From the IMG/VR virus record IMGVR_UViG_638341087_000017: a DNA stretch of 8,852 nt. One strand, 5' to 3'. The stretch comes from a virus (Duplodnaviria; Heunggongvirae; Uroviricota; Caudoviricetes). A program made the position numbers and the translations under genes. Every line of letters starts with the position of its first letter. Within the stretch, counting starts at the first letter, position 1. Below the pieces are notes generated by a model that saw nothing but the letters and a program-made list of their open reading frames with translations, was not told where the DNA came from and searched no databases. Positions 7,368-8,852 of this stretch are shown here, in pieces.

Positions 7368-8066
7368 TTACTGCGAAAGTTTGTTAATGGAAAGGAAACC
7401 GCCAAAATTAGCCACCATGCCGCGCATCTCACACCCGCGCATGCACTTGCTGCATCTGTCCTTACGGATATCGGTGGTGGGTTTATCGAACTCATCCGCC
7501 ACAGCCCCGCCCGTGTAACCACACTCATCAGAGCGGTAGGTCCACATACAGGTATTCGCCAGCATGATGCGACCGGGAAACAGCGCCCCGTCCGTCTCCG
7601 TCGGTGTCGCCAGCACAAACGAGGCCGTCATGGCCGTCAGCGATGACATCTGCTCCACCACCCACCGGTCCGTCAGCTCCTGCTCAGGGTCTGCCTCAGG
7701 ATTGCCCGCCACAAAATTCACCGCATCCAGAAAACGGGCATACACCCGGCGGCGGACCACCGTGGCCCCCACCAGACTCTGCAGGTCCTCCGCCATCCCG
7801 GTGACAAGGCCAAACAGATTGGACACCGTCAGCGACGGGCGGGCACTGCTGCCCCGGCCGTTCATCTCAAAGCCGCTGCCGTCAATCGGGTATGCCTCAT
7901 ACTTACGCCCCTGCCAGGTGACCGGCTCCCCTTTTTCATTCAGCTCATTACAGAAAAAATACCGCTCACCACCCTGTACCGTCAGGTCGATTTCCCAGAG
8001 TACCACCCGCGGTGACTGCTCTGACTTAACCGACTCGTTCAGACTTTCTTCGCGAATATCCTGCAT
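7368..8066 (-). CDS. L: Tail tip assembly protein L (Cys-rich C-terminus consistent with an Fe-S cluster)
   Basis: 232-aa product MQDIREESLNESVKSEQSPRVVLWEIDL... with a C-terminal cysteine cluster (DECGYTGG...DRCSKCMRGCEMRG). Length equals lambda gpL as I recall it. Position between M and K is canonical. The ATG at 8066-8064 shares a nucleotide with the TGA stop of M. Confidence 0.93.
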   Translation of the reverse strand: MQDIREESLNESVKSEQSPRVVLWEIDLTVQGGERYFFCNELNEKGEPVTWQGRKYEAYPIDGSGFEMNGRGSSARPSLTVSNLFGLVTGMAEDLQSLVGATVVRRRVYARFLDAVNFVAGNPEADPEQELTDRWVVEQMSSLTAMTASFVLATPTETDGALFPGRIMLANTCMWTYRSDECGYTGGAVADEFDKPTTDIRKDRCSKCMRGCEMRGMVANFGGFLSINKLSQ

Positions 8067-8407
8067 CAGTTCACCACCTGCTCAATCGTACAACTGAAAT
8101 CACTGTACCTGGCGTTATCTGTGACGCTCCACTCCCGGCACACCACCCTCACCGTCCGGTTATGTTTCGGCGGTCGCCACAAAAAGGCACGGTAACCACC
8201 ATGCCAGGATAAAAATTCATCCAGCCAGCGCCGGGTTGGTTCATCCGTCACCCGGAACACCGCCTGAAACGTCTTCAGTCTGGCATTAAGTCCCGTCGGT
8301 CGGCGCTGTTCATAACCGTCACCAAACCGAACCCTCACCACCGACGGTTTCTCACTCACCTGCATCCCTTCACGCGGGACCAGATGCAGCGTTTTTATCT
8401 CAGCCAC
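8066..8407 (-). CDS. M: Tail tip protein M
   Basis: 113-aa product containing ...VRVRFGDGY.QRRPTGLNA.LKT.......FL..HGG...FLW.PP...R...V.C..WS.......F..EQVVN, which is lambda gpM-like. Start is GTG at 8407-8405, overlapping the H stop (GTGGCTGA); an in-frame ATG 14 codons downstream is an alternative start. Stop overlaps the L start. Confidence 0.82.
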   Translation of the reverse strand: MAEIKTLHLVPREGMQVSEKPSVVRVRFGDGYEQRRPTGLNARLKTFQAVFRVTDEPTRRWLDEFLSWHGGYRAFLWRPPKHNRTVRVVCREWSVTDNARYSDFSCTIEQVVN

Positions 8408-8852
8408 TCAGCATTCCTCCGTCACGTCGCATGGACAGCATCACCGCCTGCACCCGCTGGTCAATCAGCTGCACAAGACTGCCTGCCGCCTCCGCCCCTA
8501 TCTGTCCGTTAGCCCCGTCATTCTGAATGGCGATGTGGTAGACCGGGGAATACACCAGACCGGCACTGCCGTTCATACTGCCCACCGCGCGTACGCCCAG
8601 CGAGCCATCCGCCGCCCGGGTCAGGGGCATAATGGCTTCAGGTCCGGCTTCCCCCATCAGCCCGGCCCCTTTTGCAAACGCAAAGTACGTGGGCGTGTCC
8701 ACAATGCTGTTGCTGTACGCACTCAGGTTTGCCGAGGTATACACGCCGCCTTTTGCATTGGCCACCGCACCGCCCAGCCAGTCACCAATGCTGCCAATAA
8801 ATCCTCCCGCACCGGACATACCGTTTGCCGCCGTCTTAATTCCGTTGACAAT
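8400..8852 (-). CDS. H: Tail length tape measure protein H, C-terminal portion (partial; 5' end lies beyond the right edge)
   Basis: The minus-strand frame is open from the window edge (8852) to the TGA at 8402-8400. The Gly/Ala-rich product ...GAGGFIGSIGDWLGGAVANAKGG... and its position directly upstream of M fit the C-terminus of a lambda-type tape measure. The track ORF 8400..8819 is the same frame from an internal Met. Confidence 0.8.
   Translation of the reverse strand: MVNGIKTAANGMSGAGGFIGSIGDWLGGAVANAKGGVYTSANLSAYSNSIVDTPTYFAFAKGAGLMGEAGPEAIMPLTRAADGSLGVRAVGSMNGSAGLVYSPVYHIAIQNDGANGQIGAEAAGSLVQLIDQRVQAVMLSMRRDGGMLSG

Noticed and set aside
6672-7646. Plus-strand and alternative-frame ORFs over K/L (6676..7347, 7041..7646, 7121..7618, 7564..8097, 7604..7804)
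   Set aside because: They overlap confidently identified K and L on the opposite strand or in another frame and give low-complexity Pro/Arg/Ser-rich translations typical of non-coding frames.
1-8852. CRISPR arrays, tRNA/rRNA genes, IS elements or integrase
   Set aside because: I found no regularly spaced direct repeats, no cloverleaf-compatible segments that I could support, and no transposase- or integrase-like translations. The window is fully accounted for by the tail module.

Overview
This window is the tail-tip and host-range module of a lambda-like (lambdoid) siphovirus prophage, most likely from an enterobacterial genome of the E. coli/Shigella type. All credible genes are on the minus strand in the canonical lambda order: H (tape measure, 3' end only, runs off the right edge), M, L, K, I, J, lom, then a side tail fibre (stf-like) with a collagen-like Gly-X-Y tract, then one small extra ORF and a strong bidirectional hairpin terminator near the left edge. 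Identifications rest on reading the supplied translations against my memory of phage lambda proteins; no database search was run. I see no rRNA, tRNA, CRISPR array, transposase or integrase here, and the plus-strand ORFs in the track look like antisense or mirror-frame artefacts. I did not find convincing evidence of a wholly new system. The points most worth follow-up are: (1) the 89-aa ORF downstream of the fibre, whose C-terminal ~55 residues are a diverged paralogue of the fibre's own C-terminal domain; (2) an enlarged I-J spacer (246 bp) carrying two opposing terminator-like hairpins; (3) a divergent J C-terminus suggesting a different receptor from lambda; and (4) lom as a terminator-flanked moron.
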